Shown: positions 1 to 10,488 of the stretch, piece by piece | Layout: each line of letters opens with the position of its first letter | Numbering within the stretch: the first letter of the stretch is position 1 | Origin: a virus | DNA: 64,000 bases | Direction: 5' to 3' (one strand) | IMG/VR virus record: IMGVR_UViG_3300048834_000258 | Coordinates: 9,568-73,567 of that record | Translations under genes and position numbers: made by a program | The notes under the pieces: model-generated | What the model saw: the letters and a program-made list of their open reading frames with translations, nothing else | The model's database searches: none | What the model was told of the DNA's origin: nothing

Positions 1-33
1 AAGGCTAAGCAGAAGAAGACGACCGAGGAGTGG

Positions 34-507
34 GTGAACAAGTTCACCGAAGATCCGGCCGATGTGATGGACCAGGAAATGGAGCGGAAGATCGAGTCCT
101 ATCTTTCGCAGAAGTTTGGGATGCCGAACTGGGCGGAAGTTCAGAAGGCGGCGGTCCAGCAGATTGTGCAGGACAATTTGCAGAAGACCAAGAATGCGTT
201 CTTCGAACGTAACCCGGATTTCGTGGAAGATCCCGTCAATTTGCAGGCCATCCAAGGCATCATGCAGCAGAATGGCTTGCAGCCGTCGTTGCAGGGTCTA
301 GAGTGGGCTTGGTCCGAGGCGAAACGCCAGCAAGTTGCGCGTGTGAAGCAGGCGGAGCCGGTTGCAAGACCGACGGCCCCACTGCCGATGTTGCCTACGG
401 GCGGCGCAAATCCGGGTAGTGATCTGTTGGATGCGTTCTATTCAACGACTGATCCGGTCAAACAGGAACAGATTTTGCGGCTCATCGAGAAGGCGCAGGC
501 TGGCTAA
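34..507 (+). CDS. Capsid scaffolding protein (5'-truncated by window edge)
   Basis: Helical Q/E/K-rich protein with Pro-rich linker and short C-terminal helix, directly upstream of the major capsid gene; the frame is open from the window start. Confidence 0.65.
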   Translation: MNKFTEDPADVMDQEMERKIESYLSQKFGMPNWAEVQKAAVQQIVQDNLQKTKNAFFERNPDFVEDPVNLQAIQGIMQQNGLQPSLQGLEWAWSEAKRQQVARVKQAEPVARPTAPLPMLPTGGANPGSDLLDAFYSTTDPVKQEQILRLIEKAQAG

Positions 508-516
508 TGGGGGGGG

Positions 517-540
517 AGGGAGGCGTAAGCCTCCCTTTAT
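517..540 (+). terminator. Intrinsic terminator-like hairpin
   Basis: AGGGAGGC-GTAA-GCCTCCCT followed by TTAT. Confidence 0.5.
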
Positions 541-592
541 CCTTAATGCTAAATTGCGTATGTTACAATAATAAGTAGGAGGAACCCTTTCT

Positions 593-1630
593 ATGGCTTA
601 TACCCCGGCATCCGTTATCCTGCAAGGCAATACTAACTTGCAGCACAATTATACGGGCGGCTCCGCTTCCGGCCTGTATATTTTCCACTACCAGACCAAG
701 GCTCTCGATACTCTTCAGAAGAAGTTCGTGTTTATGGACGTTCTGAAGTTGGACGATATGCCCAAGCAGTCTGGCAATACTGTTCAGTGGTATCGTTACC
801 GCGAACTGGGCACCAACACCACGGCGGTCGGCTCCGCTGCGGAAGGCGCGGTCGGCACTGCGATTCCCGCGCTCAACAGCGATATCATTACGGCCACGCT
901 GTCTCAGTACATGGACTTCGTTACGCTGTCGGATCGGGTCATCCTGACTTCGATTGACGGTATGGTGCAGAGTGCCACTGAGCGCATGTCTTACCGGGCA
1001 GCGTACACTGTGGATATGATTACCCGTGCGGAAATCGATAGCATTTCGGCGGCTGATCGTAGCTCGGCGCTGCTGGGCACTTACCTGAGTTCCGGCGACA
1101 TTCGCCTGTCTCATGCGTATTTGCAGGGCAACGATGTCCGTCCAATGCAGAGCGGCTCCTGTGCAGGCTACTTCTGCGGCATTATCCACCCGTACATTGT
1201 GTTCGACGTGGTGAATGATCCCGCCGCGAACGGTATTGTTGACGTGCGCAAGTACACTGAAGGCAACCCGTTCGAGAAGGTCGAAGACCGTGGGCAGGCG
1301 TTCACTTTCAACGGCATCATGTTCAAGGTGTCTACGAATGTGCTGGTCGCTTCGAGCAACTACCGCACCTACATCTTCGGCGATGGTGGCATCGGTGGTT
1401 CGCAGCTTGCGGGCAAGGGGCCGTCCAAGGTTTCCGATCCTCGCAATCAGCGGTTCCGGCTGCACGTTGAGGGTAACCTTGCGCCGTCTCTGGCGAACCC
1501 CACCGGCTCCATTGGTGGCTTTGTGTCCTACAACTTCTACTATGTTGCGAAGGTGCTGACTGACACCCTGACGGGCGGATCGACCTTCAATCGGTTTATC
1601 TACTACGATACTCCGACCCAGGTTTCCTAG
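593..1630 (+). CDS. Major capsid protein, N4-gp56 family-like (HK97 fold)
   Basis: 345 aa; MPKQSGNTVQWYRY, EG...ITATLSQYMDFVTLSD, GIIHPYIVFDV and YRTYIFG match the pattern of N4-gp56-type capsids; RBS AGGAGG. Confidence 0.85.
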   Translation: MAYTPASVILQGNTNLQHNYTGGSASGLYIFHYQTKALDTLQKKFVFMDVLKLDDMPKQSGNTVQWYRYRELGTNTTAVGSAAEGAVGTAIPALNSDIITATLSQYMDFVTLSDRVILTSIDGMVQSATERMSYRAAYTVDMITRAEIDSISAADRSSALLGTYLSSGDIRLSHAYLQGNDVRPMQSGSCAGYFCGIIHPYIVFDVVNDPAANGIVDVRKYTEGNPFEKVEDRGQAFTFNGIMFKVSTNVLVASSNYRTYIFGDGGIGGSQLAGKGPSKVSDPRNQRFRLHVEGNLAPSLANPTGSIGGFVSYNFYYVAKVLTDTLTGGSTFNRFIYYDTPTQVS

Positions 1631-1667
1631 TCTCTTGGCGGCGGGCGTAGGCTGGTTTCTCCTCAAT

Positions 1668-1697
1668 AGGGAGGCGTGTAAAAGCGCCTCCCTTTTT
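1668..1697 (+). terminator. Intrinsic terminator after capsid gene
   Basis: GGGAGGCG...CGCCTCCC followed by TTTTT. Confidence 0.75.
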
Positions 1698-1720
1698 GTT
1701 TATTAGTGCGGATAATCACT

Positions 1721-1746
1721 TGCCGCAGGCATGGTAAAATAAAAGT
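1721..1746 (+). promoter_or_regulatory. Extended -10 promoter (TGGTAAAAT) with upstream TGCC-GCA-GGCA mini-hairpin; leaderless start at 1747
   Basis: TAAAAT at 1735-1740, 6 nt, then ATG with no RBS. Confidence 0.6.
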
Positions 1747-2373
1747 ATGGCAAGTGAACAAAAAGCGGAACTGACTGGTACCATCACGTATGTCGATGGC
1801 ACTCTTTTTAATGGGTGGATGCTAGTCGGTTTGGTTCCTCCGCTGCGCGGGTCAACTGCCTATACGAGTTTCTACAAAATCTACGCACAGCAGCGCACGA
1901 AGCTGCCCCAGTGGATTACGTTTCAAGTCCGGAACGGAGAGTTACAGGCTCCTGCGAAGCTTCGCTTCAACACCTCCATTTCACCGCCGAATACGAAGTA
2001 TGTTTCGTTTTTTGTTGACTACGAGGGGAACACGCTAGCGACCGGGAGCCTGTTCACGGTGACTGCTACTCCACACGCGATTGTGGAACCCTCTTTCTCG
2101 ATTCCGACTGCGGGCACCACTGCCCCGACACCATGCCAGGGGGTTTCCGTGAGCGCACTTTCCACACCTATCCGCGAGACGCCTACCGGCACCATTGATG
2201 GGGTCAACGACACGTTCACCCTCTCCGTCATCCCACCTTCCTTCGTGATCGTCATTCTAGGCGGTACCATTCAGGAAGAGGGAACCTCTTACACGATTTC
2301 CGGGAACACGATCACCTTCGAGGCTGCTTACATCCCGAGCAGCGGAAGTATTATCGAAGCGATCATTTTCTAA
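1747..2373 (+). CDS. Virion structural protein (tail/fiber-associated)
   Basis: Thr-rich beta protein; C-terminal ETPTGTIDGVNDTFTL...YTISGNTITF module typical of phage tail proteins. Confidence 0.6.
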   Translation: MASEQKAELTGTITYVDGTLFNGWMLVGLVPPLRGSTAYTSFYKIYAQQRTKLPQWITFQVRNGELQAPAKLRFNTSISPPNTKYVSFFVDYEGNTLATGSLFTVTATPHAIVEPSFSIPTAGTTAPTPCQGVSVSALSTPIRETPTGTIDGVNDTFTLSVIPPSFVIVILGGTIQEEGTSYTISGNTITFEAAYIPSSGSIIEAIIF

Positions 2374-2386
2374 GGGAGAGACGCCC

Positions 2387-2650
2387 ATGGACACAGTAAA
2401 CGAGTTCTTAGAGAAGGCATTTGGAGTCTCTGTGTTCAAGCTGCTAAGTGTCGTTGTATTAGGTATGGCTATGTTTTTTGCCATGCAGTCGAAACTGGAT
2501 GCACTTTCGCGCGACGTACAGAACGCCTTGACACAAAACCAAGCACTGACTGCGGAACTCAAAGAGACCAACAAAGAACTCGCGAAGATGCGCGAAGCAC
2601 TGATCGAAGTCAAGACAGAATTAGCCCTCGATAGAGGAAGGAGAAACTAA
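2387..2650 (+). CDS. Single-TM coiled-coil protein (holin/spanin-like)
   Basis: Hydrophobic segment at aa ~16-33 followed by a coiled coil; RBS GGGAGAG. Confidence 0.5.
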   Translation: MDTVNEFLEKAFGVSVFKLLSVVVLGMAMFFAMQSKLDALSRDVQNALTQNQALTAELKETNKELAKMREALIEVKTELALDRGRRN

Positions 2651-3238
2651 GTGGCGCACGCCGTTTTTGACACCGCCTCCCTGGAGCGACAACGCCTTGG
2701 AGACAAGATCGACCGTACCGGCGAGTTTATCGATAGAGCGGAGAAGGAGCAAACCTCCGCCGTAATCGAGAACGAAGATGGGTCAATCATTGATCCTGAG
2801 TATAATGCCGGGAGGCCAATGGCCCATACGCAGTTGGAGAGGCTGGTACGTGTTTATGCGCCACATTTGCACTTTTACGATCATCCTCGAAACCCGACGC
2901 TGAAGTTCATTTCGAGAAGCAATTGGCACGAGAAGAGCGAGTACAGCACGGTGCTGTATCATCGTGGGATCATGCCGGAAAACACACTCCACTCGTTCCA
3001 AACGGTGAAGGTGCCGCACCCTTACAACAACCATATTGATTGTAAGGACGACCCGGACAAGCAGCTTTTCGTGGAGCGGCGGGTGCCGGGGCCAATCGTG
3101 CGTAAGGGATGGAAGCGGGTGTTTACTGAGCTTTTCAAGCTCGGGTGGATTACCCAGGAACAGTGCGAGCGGGTCGGCGGTAAGTTTGGATCGTCTCGTG
3201 ACGACCAACGCTTTGCCCAGGATATGGGCAGAGCTTAG
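2651..3238 (+). CDS. Hypothetical phage protein
   Basis: 195 aa ORF abutting the previous gene in the late operon. Confidence 0.65.
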   Translation: MAHAVFDTASLERQRLGDKIDRTGEFIDRAEKEQTSAVIENEDGSIIDPEYNAGRPMAHTQLERLVRVYAPHLHFYDHPRNPTLKFISRSNWHEKSEYSTVLYHRGIMPENTLHSFQTVKVPHPYNNHIDCKDDPDKQLFVERRVPGPIVRKGWKRVFTELFKLGWITQEQCERVGGKFGSSRDDQRFAQDMGRA

Positions 3239-3305
3239 ATATCCTTCCATTTAGATGCCGAAGGCCCAATGGTAAAATAGAAGTAGCAGCTATGCTGCTT
3301 ATTCT

Positions 3306-3728
3306 ATGCCGAGAGGAAAGACCATGCCTTCCATTACTCCCCCACTGAAGGGAACCGATGCACCGGCCCCGGCTGCGTCTGATATCGAATTGCGTCTAAA
3401 GGCGCTTCAGCTTGCTAAATTGGAACGAGAAGAGGCGGAGCTTGCCGAAAAGCAAGAGCGGCGTGTAGCTAGTGCTCGTCGTCAAGCTGAAGACGCCGTA
3501 GAGACCGAACGAAAACAAAAGTTAGCTGAGAGTATGTGCTCTCACCAGATGCCGGGAGGCGTTTCTGCCTTCGGCGGGCAATGGCTATCTAACGGCAAAT
3601 TGCGCGTAGTTTGCGGGAAATGCGGCAAGAATTGTTATCGTGAGGAGCTAACGCCTGCGGAGCGGGCTTTGGTCGATTCTGATATGGGCCGTTTTGGCGG
3701 TTCAATGACTTTTAGCATGTCGGTCTAA
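3306..3728 (+). CDS. Coiled-coil protein with putative Zn site
   Basis: Coiled coil then CSH...CGKC; own TGGTAAAAT promoter at 3270-3278. Confidence 0.6.
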   Translation: MPRGKTMPSITPPLKGTDAPAPAASDIELRLKALQLAKLEREEAELAEKQERRVASARRQAEDAVETERKQKLAESMCSHQMPGGVSAFGGQWLSNGKLRVVCGKCGKNCYREELTPAERALVDSDMGRFGGSMTFSMSV

Positions 3729-3738
3729 GAGGTAGCTG

Positions 3739-4410
3739 ATGGCTTACACAGTCGGCAAGGCGCTTACATACGCGAAGAAGTTTATCAAAGACCAGCCTAT
3801 TGATGGGACGGACGTAGGTGTTCAGACCCTCGATATGGCGTCTAAGTTCTTCTGGATGTATGCGCCTTGGCGCTGGACCATTGGCAATATGAGCCCCGTG
3901 CAGATTACCGGGAATGCCGTAGATTATACAGTGGCGGAACCCGCCGATTTTCTGTATCTGCAGCAGGCATGGCTTCCAGAAGGCGACAAATTTACGCCCC
4001 TGGACATTGTGCCAATGCTGCCTGCGGACCCCAAGCAGACGGGCAAGCCTTCTAAGGTGATGTTTGTTCAAGGGGCAACTGACAAGTATCGTCTGTTTCC
4101 CCAGCCTCCGGCTGGAGGCGACAAGTGGCTTCTGGCCATCTACAAGAAGGCTCATACGGAAATTACAGCGACTTCAGACACTCCGGGGTTTCCCGACGAG
4201 TGGTTTCCGATCTATCAGGAGATCGTGCTCTACTATGCGTACAAGTTTGCAGATGACCAGAGAGCGGGCAGTTCGACCATTATGGCCAATGGTCAAACGC
4301 AGCACTCAGGCCAGTGGGGCAAAGTGATTTCGATGCTCGAAGCGATGAAGGGCCGCGAAGATCTGCTGTTTACGTGGCCGGGATCGATGCAGAGCAAGGA
4401 GCAACGGTAA
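3739..4410 (+). CDS. Head-tail adaptor / tail tubular protein A-like
   Basis: Size, position and N-helix/beta/C-helix pattern (PWRW...Y..P.DF...RLFPQP...FPDEW) typical of podovirus adaptors. Confidence 0.6.
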   Translation: MAYTVGKALTYAKKFIKDQPIDGTDVGVQTLDMASKFFWMYAPWRWTIGNMSPVQITGNAVDYTVAEPADFLYLQQAWLPEGDKFTPLDIVPMLPADPKQTGKPSKVMFVQGATDKYRLFPQPPAGGDKWLLAIYKKAHTEITATSDTPGFPDEWFPIYQEIVLYYAYKFADDQRAGSSTIMANGQTQHSGQWGKVISMLEAMKGREDLLFTWPGSMQSKEQR

Positions 4411-5102
4411 TGGCAAGCACCTACACATGGGAAGATGTTTTGGCCTACCTGTATCAGAACGTGCCTCGCGTAAGCGAGTCGCAGGTAGGGCCGCTGGTGT
4501 GCAACCAGATTCTTAACATGATGTGGGATAAGTGCGACTGGCGCGAGACGATGGCGGATATGCCGCCGTGGCATCCGATTTGCGGAGAACAGGATCATTA
4601 TTCTCCGCTTGTTTGCGCCCCTTCGGACTTCCGGGGGTTGCGTAAAGCGCAAGTGTTCGGCATTGGAAGTGATCCGCCCGTGGAACGCATTCTTATCGTC
4701 AACAAAGATCTGAAGGAAACAACGTTCCAGTCGCTTCCCGAGGACCTGTCCTATGATACGGCACGCCGATGCTTCCGGCTTTTCCCGAGGTTTCCCGAGG
4801 GACTGGACCCGACCGATTGGGTCATCCAGTGTACCTACAAGAAGAATCCGACGAAGATTACTGGAGCGACTATCAATTCAGTAATTCCGTTCGATGACCA
4901 CTATTTCCAGACACTGGTGGATGTAGGCCACTATTGTTTGGCCAAAACAGATCCGCGCCGTATCCGTGAGTATGAAGCTCTACGGGGACAAGCTGAGTAT
5001 TCGCTGGAACGGAAAGCGATTGAAGAGGGCATTAACCTGGGAGACCAGCCGATTGCACCGCAGTTTCCTATGGATATGTTTAGGGGAGGATGGTACCGCT
5101 AA
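4410..5102 (+). CDS. Second adaptor-like paralog
   Basis: TAATG overlap with the previous gene; shares PSDF, RLFP, YKK.PT.IT and PFDD motifs with 3739..4410. Confidence 0.55.
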   Translation: MASTYTWEDVLAYLYQNVPRVSESQVGPLVCNQILNMMWDKCDWRETMADMPPWHPICGEQDHYSPLVCAPSDFRGLRKAQVFGIGSDPPVERILIVNKDLKETTFQSLPEDLSYDTARRCFRLFPRFPEGLDPTDWVIQCTYKKNPTKITGATINSVIPFDDHYFQTLVDVGHYCLAKTDPRRIREYEALRGQAEYSLERKAIEEGINLGDQPIAPQFPMDMFRGGWYR

Positions 5103-6427
5103 TGGCTACAAATGCATTTCGACTCTCAAGAACGGCGACTCCAACGCCTCGTGTCAATTACGGTCCCAACGAACCCGTTTCTACCACCGGACGAACGGCA
5201 ACCTCCGATTTCCCGCGTGTAGGTGCTCCCTCTACCTTCGAGGAAACCTTCGGAGGGCGCACCTCGCAGCCCTATGCCCCCACCTCCAGCTTCGGAGCTA
5301 CCTCGCGTACCTCTGGCTATGGAGTGGGCAATACACCGTCTGCAACGCCGCAAGCTCCGCCTACGGCTCCGGCGAATCCGATGTTTTCCGTGCCTACGGC
5401 AGCGCCTACGCAGGCCCCTTCCGGGGGCGGAGCCTCCGCTCCGAATCCGTATGCACCGGCCTCCAACTTTATGTCTCCATACTTTGTCGAGAGTATGGGG
5501 CAGAATGTTCAGACGCCGAACTTCGGTGGACCTGTTCTGAACCCCGACGGCAGTGTGTCTACGGGCACCCCTGACAGTTGGGGCGCTTTCGGCTTCAACC
5601 CGTTTGCCAACTGGAGCGGTATCAATTCTGATACAGGCCAAGCCTGGAATGTGGGCGACCGCTTCCTCAATGACCAGGGAGCGCGGAAGCTGATGGAGCT
5701 TCTCGGGCTGAACGCGCCCATCATGAACGAAAGCGGCGACATTCGCGGCTGGTCTCAGAAAATGGGCAATGTCTTTGGCCCCGGCTCGGGTAACGTAAGT
5801 GGCCCTGGCGGGGTGGGTATGTATCGCTACGCGGACCCGCTGACGGGCCAGTTGGTGGATCTAAGTGCGTATGCACCCTACTTCATTTCTGGCCAAGATG
5901 ATATTGGAAAGTTTCTCTTCGAAAACCGAAACAACCCGATGGTGAATACGGGCCTTCAGTCTGTTATTCCTCAACAGTTCACCAACGTATCGGATCTGCA
6001 AGCGGCTCTCCAGAGCGCGGCCTCTTCCCCTGCGGCGCAAGGCATCTTTCCGGCCACTCCTGCCACGCCCACGACACCCGGCACGGGCGGTACTGGCAGT
6101 GGGAGCGGAACGGGTAACAGTTCTGCGGGCAATCGCTCGGCGATTGATTCTTTCATTCAGTTGCTCCAAGGTATCTACCAGGGAAGTAACCCGTTCACGG
6201 TCCAGAACTTCAATACGACGGGTAATCTCGGCACGCCGGGAGCGCCCTTCGGGCAGGATTATCTGGATGGGCTGAGGGTGTTGAGCAACTTCTCCAATCT
6301 GGGGGATCAGATTACCAGTTTGCTTACGCCGAAGGATTTGTTCGACGTATCCCCCACGGGGATGTACGCCAACTTCGGACCAGCGGCGTACCTGCAACGA
6401 GCACTTTATCCTGAATTCTATATGTAG
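5102..6427 (+). CDS. Low-complexity Pro/Gly/Thr-rich internal virion protein
   Basis: TAATG coupling; composition like podovirus ejection/pilot proteins. Confidence 0.55.
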   Translation: MATNAFRLSRTATPTPRVNYGPNEPVSTTGRTATSDFPRVGAPSTFEETFGGRTSQPYAPTSSFGATSRTSGYGVGNTPSATPQAPPTAPANPMFSVPTAAPTQAPSGGGASAPNPYAPASNFMSPYFVESMGQNVQTPNFGGPVLNPDGSVSTGTPDSWGAFGFNPFANWSGINSDTGQAWNVGDRFLNDQGARKLMELLGLNAPIMNESGDIRGWSQKMGNVFGPGSGNVSGPGGVGMYRYADPLTGQLVDLSAYAPYFISGQDDIGKFLFENRNNPMVNTGLQSVIPQQFTNVSDLQAALQSAASSPAAQGIFPATPATPTTPGTGGTGSGSGTGNSSAGNRSAIDSFIQLLQGIYQGSNPFTVQNFNTTGNLGTPGAPFGQDYLDGLRVLSNFSNLGDQITSLLTPKDLFDVSPTGMYANFGPAAYLQRALYPEFYM

Positions 6428-6435
6428 GGGGATTA

Positions 6436-8775
6436 ATGGCGCAAGAGAACCAGCTTGACGGCGTATCTATTCCCCTACGACTTCCGTTCGACGCGATCCT
6501 TTCGGAACTTGATCCGTCTCCGCGTATTGTCTCTGGTTTGAATAACCAAGTCACTACGGGAGGTTTCCTCAAGAAGCGTGGGGCAATGTCGCAGGTATCT
6601 GCCGCCAGCACCATCGGAACGAATAAGCGGATCGACCGTCTCTACTGCTATACGACCATGGGTGCGTCCCCCAAGTCGTTTGTGATGGCGTCTGTCTACG
6701 ATACCTCGGGAGGCACCTGGAGCGTCTACTACACACGCCCCTCCGCGCCTACGGCATGGACGCAGATCACTTCGTATCGAGACATTAATGCTTCCACGCG
6801 CCCTCACGAAATGTGCGAGTCTCGCGGACTTCTCTACATCAAGGGGTATCCCGCCAGCGGCTCTAGTGAGAAGCTCGGCACTGTTGTCTTCAACGGTGAC
6901 GACCTGACGGTCAAACCGTGGGGCGCTCTTGGGCCGTCTACAGCGGCTCGGATGACGAACCAGTACAAGACCAGCGATGCCCTCTACAGCGCGTGGACCT
7001 CCTCTGCGCACCCCTTCTCGGTCTCGCAAGGCTGGCAGTACACCTACGCCTACAAGAGCCTTACGGGCCACATTACAAACCGTTCGCCGCTCGAAACCAA
7101 CTATGATTTCCCGGCCAGCAACACGGGCGCTTTCAGCAATCTTTTGCCGAAATTGACGTACGTTGTTCCTGCGGACCCTACCAATTTTCCTACAGTTGTA
7201 GTATTTCGCACTACGGATGGCGGCGGAACTTGGTATGAACTAGACACCATCAATGTGTCGGCAATGACACCGAGTTCGTCCCAGACCTACACCGACAATA
7301 GCTTTGTGAGCGGCTTAACGGGGGGGACAGTCACAACCACACTAAATGGTGGTATTAATTCAAGTGTACTTTCATTAGTGGTGGCTTCTGCCACCAACTT
7401 TCCTGGGTACGGTGACTTTGCCATTCTCATCGATAGTGAGTATATCAAAGTGACTGCCGTCAGCGGAACTACATTCACCATTGAGCGCGGCTTTGCCGGA
7501 ACGACCGCTGCTTCGCATTTGAATGGTGCAACTATTACCTATTATGGACTGGACCCAGTACCGGATTCCCAGTTAGACAAGGCCAGCGTAGCTCCTACCC
7601 TTACCTCTAATTCGCCGCCTCCTACGGTCCTAGCGGAAGACGGCGGGATCGTCGGAACCACTACGCCTCAGCCCTCTACGCCTATTGTCAAATTTGCGGG
7701 CCGTCTGTGGTACGGAATTGGCAATGTGCTTTTTTACAGTGCCCTCGAAGAGTTGGACCAAGGGAAGCCTGAAGAGGCTTGGCCCTCGGGAACACTCGGG
7801 AACTTCTTCCGACTCCAGGAGCCGCTCGTCGGAATGGTGTCTACGGCGGAATCCCTCTACATCTTCACGACAAGACGTACCTACTGGCTGAAGGGCTTCG
7901 ACAAGCCCTCCTTTTCCATTCAACCGCTCTTTACAGACGTAGGGGCCAAGGATGGCTGGGGCATGTGTGCCAAAGGAGATGTGGTCTACTGGGTATCCAA
8001 CAACAACCGCATCTTTCGCGCCCGCGACAACCAGAAGGAGCCTATCGGCGACCCACTAGGGTCGGAACTGGCTACGCGCCTAGCGCCTTCGAATGGCGTC
8101 TCGAACCTACGCCTCTATCTCACTTCCTACCAAGTAGATCAGCTTGACTGGGTTGTGTTGCAAGCTACGAATGTTGCGGATAGTTCACTAACGCGCACAT
8201 TTGTATTCGATTTGCAACAGGAAGGTATCTTCTGGTATACACCTTGGGATTTGCCCGTGTCTTGCGTAGCAAGCGGTCAGATTTACGAGACAGATACAAA
8301 GGACTATCTGATCGGTAGCGGTTGGAATAGAAGCACAAATACTGTTTCGCTCAACTACTACCAGGATGACGGAACACAGGACTATGTGCCTTCTGCCGTG
8401 CAGAACTATACCTATTCCTACAAAACGAACCTGTTCGGCATCCCCTCGGGGAATAACGTCAACACATACAAGAAGCCGACCTTTGTGCCGTGCATCTATG
8501 CGGTTGTGTTCGAGCGCAAGAAGTTCACGAGTGACACGGAACCGACGCTCACCTTCTTCATTGATAGCGCCACTACTTCGGTGGCTTCCGGTACGGCGTA
8601 TCCGCCGCCACGCAGAGCGCAGAGCACCGACTACCTCGCCTATAAGTATTGTGACAACATCTACAAGGTGGGCGAACGAATCGGTATCAACGTAGCCAAG
8701 TCGGCAGTCAACGAGAAGTTCGAATGTCACGGCATGAGAATCATTTGGGAGTACACTGGTGGCATTGGATACTAG
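6436..8775 (+). CDS. Tail nozzle / tubular protein B-like
   Basis: 779 aa beta-rich; GGFLKKRG at the N-terminus and GRLWY...LFYS...PEEAWP propeller-like motifs. Confidence 0.65.
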   Translation: MAQENQLDGVSIPLRLPFDAILSELDPSPRIVSGLNNQVTTGGFLKKRGAMSQVSAASTIGTNKRIDRLYCYTTMGASPKSFVMASVYDTSGGTWSVYYTRPSAPTAWTQITSYRDINASTRPHEMCESRGLLYIKGYPASGSSEKLGTVVFNGDDLTVKPWGALGPSTAARMTNQYKTSDALYSAWTSSAHPFSVSQGWQYTYAYKSLTGHITNRSPLETNYDFPASNTGAFSNLLPKLTYVVPADPTNFPTVVVFRTTDGGGTWYELDTINVSAMTPSSSQTYTDNSFVSGLTGGTVTTTLNGGINSSVLSLVVASATNFPGYGDFAILIDSEYIKVTAVSGTTFTIERGFAGTTAASHLNGATITYYGLDPVPDSQLDKASVAPTLTSNSPPPTVLAEDGGIVGTTTPQPSTPIVKFAGRLWYGIGNVLFYSALEELDQGKPEEAWPSGTLGNFFRLQEPLVGMVSTAESLYIFTTRRTYWLKGFDKPSFSIQPLFTDVGAKDGWGMCAKGDVVYWVSNNNRIFRARDNQKEPIGDPLGSELATRLAPSNGVSNLRLYLTSYQVDQLDWVVLQATNVADSSLTRTFVFDLQQEGIFWYTPWDLPVSCVASGQIYETDTKDYLIGSGWNRSTNTVSLNYYQDDGTQDYVPSAVQNYTYSYKTNLFGIPSGNNVNTYKKPTFVPCIYAVVFERKKFTSDTEPTLTFFIDSATTSVASGTAYPPPRRAQSTDYLAYKYCDNIYKVGERIGINVAKSAVNEKFECHGMRIIWEYTGGIGY

Positions 8776-10177
8776 TCCTACGCTGGTAACGCAGAACGAG
8801 TTGAAGCGCGTGGCTGATGCCATGCGCTCTCTCGTCGGCTCGGCGTCCGCAGGCCAGGGCAGCGCCTTTGCTCCGAAGTTGGTCGGAAGCACCCAGGTTC
8901 CGACCGTTCAATCCCTCCGTGTGACGCCGCTGTCTGACTCCTTCCTAGGAAGCGAGTTCCTGCTCACCTGGGAGGACTTGCCGCGCTTCCTGAACGTAGA
9001 CAGGTACAACGTATATGCCAAGCGTGCAAACGACCTAGAGGAGCCTAAGATCGTCGCCTCCGTAGGTAAGGCCCCGTGCCGTATCCGCGTCGGAGGTGAC
9101 TCGACTTCGCCGGTTACATTTTGGGTCCAGACCCAACTGAAGAACGGTTTTGCTTCTCCTCGCGAACTAAGCTCTACCGTGACCGGCGTTTCCACGCAGT
9201 CTCAGATTGAAGACGACGATATCTCTTCTGTGTCGATTGGTAAGCTACTTGCAGGGACCGCCACCTTTACGGGGACAGCTACCTTCCAGAACGGAAGCTA
9301 TTTGCTTGAGATCGCTTCCACGGGTATCCGTATGTCCGACGGCACCCGCAATGTGAATATTACGGGAAGTGCCATCACCATCGGAGACGGTACCGCAAGT
9401 GTTACCATCAACTCTTCGGGAAACGTCGTCCTCTCGCGCAGCGGACGCACCGTTACATTGTCCTCAACCGCACTTACTTTGTCTGACGGAACCGGCAGCG
9501 TTACCATCAATTCTTCGGGTCATGTAGTCCTTCAGAACGGAAGCTATACTTCGACCCTTACGGGGTCTAGCCTTACAATGGGCAATGGCACCCAAGCGGT
9601 GTCTATCTCCGGCACTGCTATCTCCATGGCGTATACAGCAGGCCGTTATATCCAGTTTGATGCTACGCAGATCACACTTACAGACGGCACTGGCTCTCTG
9701 TCCATGACAGGTAGTTTGGCGCGGTTCTCGCGCGGCAGCTATCGACTGGATTTAGCCGCTACCTACGTTGAAATCTCGGACGGCACCAACTACAACCGAA
9801 TTACTTCCACCCAGCAACTTATTAATGGCGGGCAAATCATCATTAATGGTACGTCGGGAACTGAGCCGGTTATCATTCGCCTGAGCGGTAATACCAAATT
9901 TCGCGTGAACTCGGGCGGCGACATGCAGTTCTCGGACGATGTACAATTCGGCCCCACAGATATCATTGAACACGGAGATGGGTCTTTCTCCCGAGTGTGG
10001 CAGTCTCGAAGTTCAGGCTTTGATTGTTTCGTAGACTTCGAAGTAGTCAACTCGGGAACAGCTTACCGTCATAATGGAAACGCGGGTATTACGGGGACAA
10101 GAACTGCGCTGGACAGCGGAAGTGTAAGCCGCACGGTAACTATTAGTGGCGGCATCATTACGGGGTGGACAACCTAA
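8759..10177 (+). CDS. Tail spike/fiber with FN3-like domain and beta repeats
   Basis: LTW...YNVY...FWVQT FN3-like segment; repeated DGT.SVTINSSG.VVL units; C-terminal GGIIT. Confidence 0.6.
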   Translation: MALDTSPTLVTQNELKRVADAMRSLVGSASAGQGSAFAPKLVGSTQVPTVQSLRVTPLSDSFLGSEFLLTWEDLPRFLNVDRYNVYAKRANDLEEPKIVASVGKAPCRIRVGGDSTSPVTFWVQTQLKNGFASPRELSSTVTGVSTQSQIEDDDISSVSIGKLLAGTATFTGTATFQNGSYLLEIASTGIRMSDGTRNVNITGSAITIGDGTASVTINSSGNVVLSRSGRTVTLSSTALTLSDGTGSVTINSSGHVVLQNGSYTSTLTGSSLTMGNGTQAVSISGTAISMAYTAGRYIQFDATQITLTDGTGSLSMTGSLARFSRGSYRLDLAATYVEISDGTNYNRITSTQQLINGGQIIINGTSGTEPVIIRLSGNTKFRVNSGGDMQFSDDVQFGPTDIIEHGDGSFSRVWQSRSSGFDCFVDFEVVNSGTAYRHNGNAGITGTRTALDSGSVSRTVTISGGIITGWTT

Positions 10178-10488
10178 TGTCAGCTTGCAAAGATTGCGCC
10201 AATTTCTCGGGCTTGGGGAGCTTCGCCGATGGAGCGGTGCCTAAGATCGACACATCCGAAAGGGCCGAATGGTACGCGCCTCTCAAGTGCCGCGCCAGTG
10301 TCCAACTGATCCAACTGTGGGACCCCGTGAATGGTATCATGAAGGAATGGAAAGGATACGCCAATGTCGGAGACATTAACAACGACCCCCAGCGAGACTG
10401 CCCCCTCTTCGAGCGAAGAAGTGCAGGAATCTCCCTCCAGGATAGTGCTCTCATCGCGCCACCAGCAAAACTTGAAGGAATTAGATGA
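10177..10488 (+). CDS. Small Cys-containing hypothetical protein
   Basis: TAATG coupling; CKDC...C...CPLF. Confidence 0.45.
   Translation: MSACKDCANFSGLGSFADGAVPKIDTSERAEWYAPLKCRASVQLIQLWDPVNGIMKEWKGYANVGDINNDPQRDCPLFERRSAGISLQDSALIAPPAKLEGIR

Noticed and set aside
563-1666. 367-aa minus-strand ORF
   Set aside because: Antisense shadow of the major capsid gene, explained by codon bias
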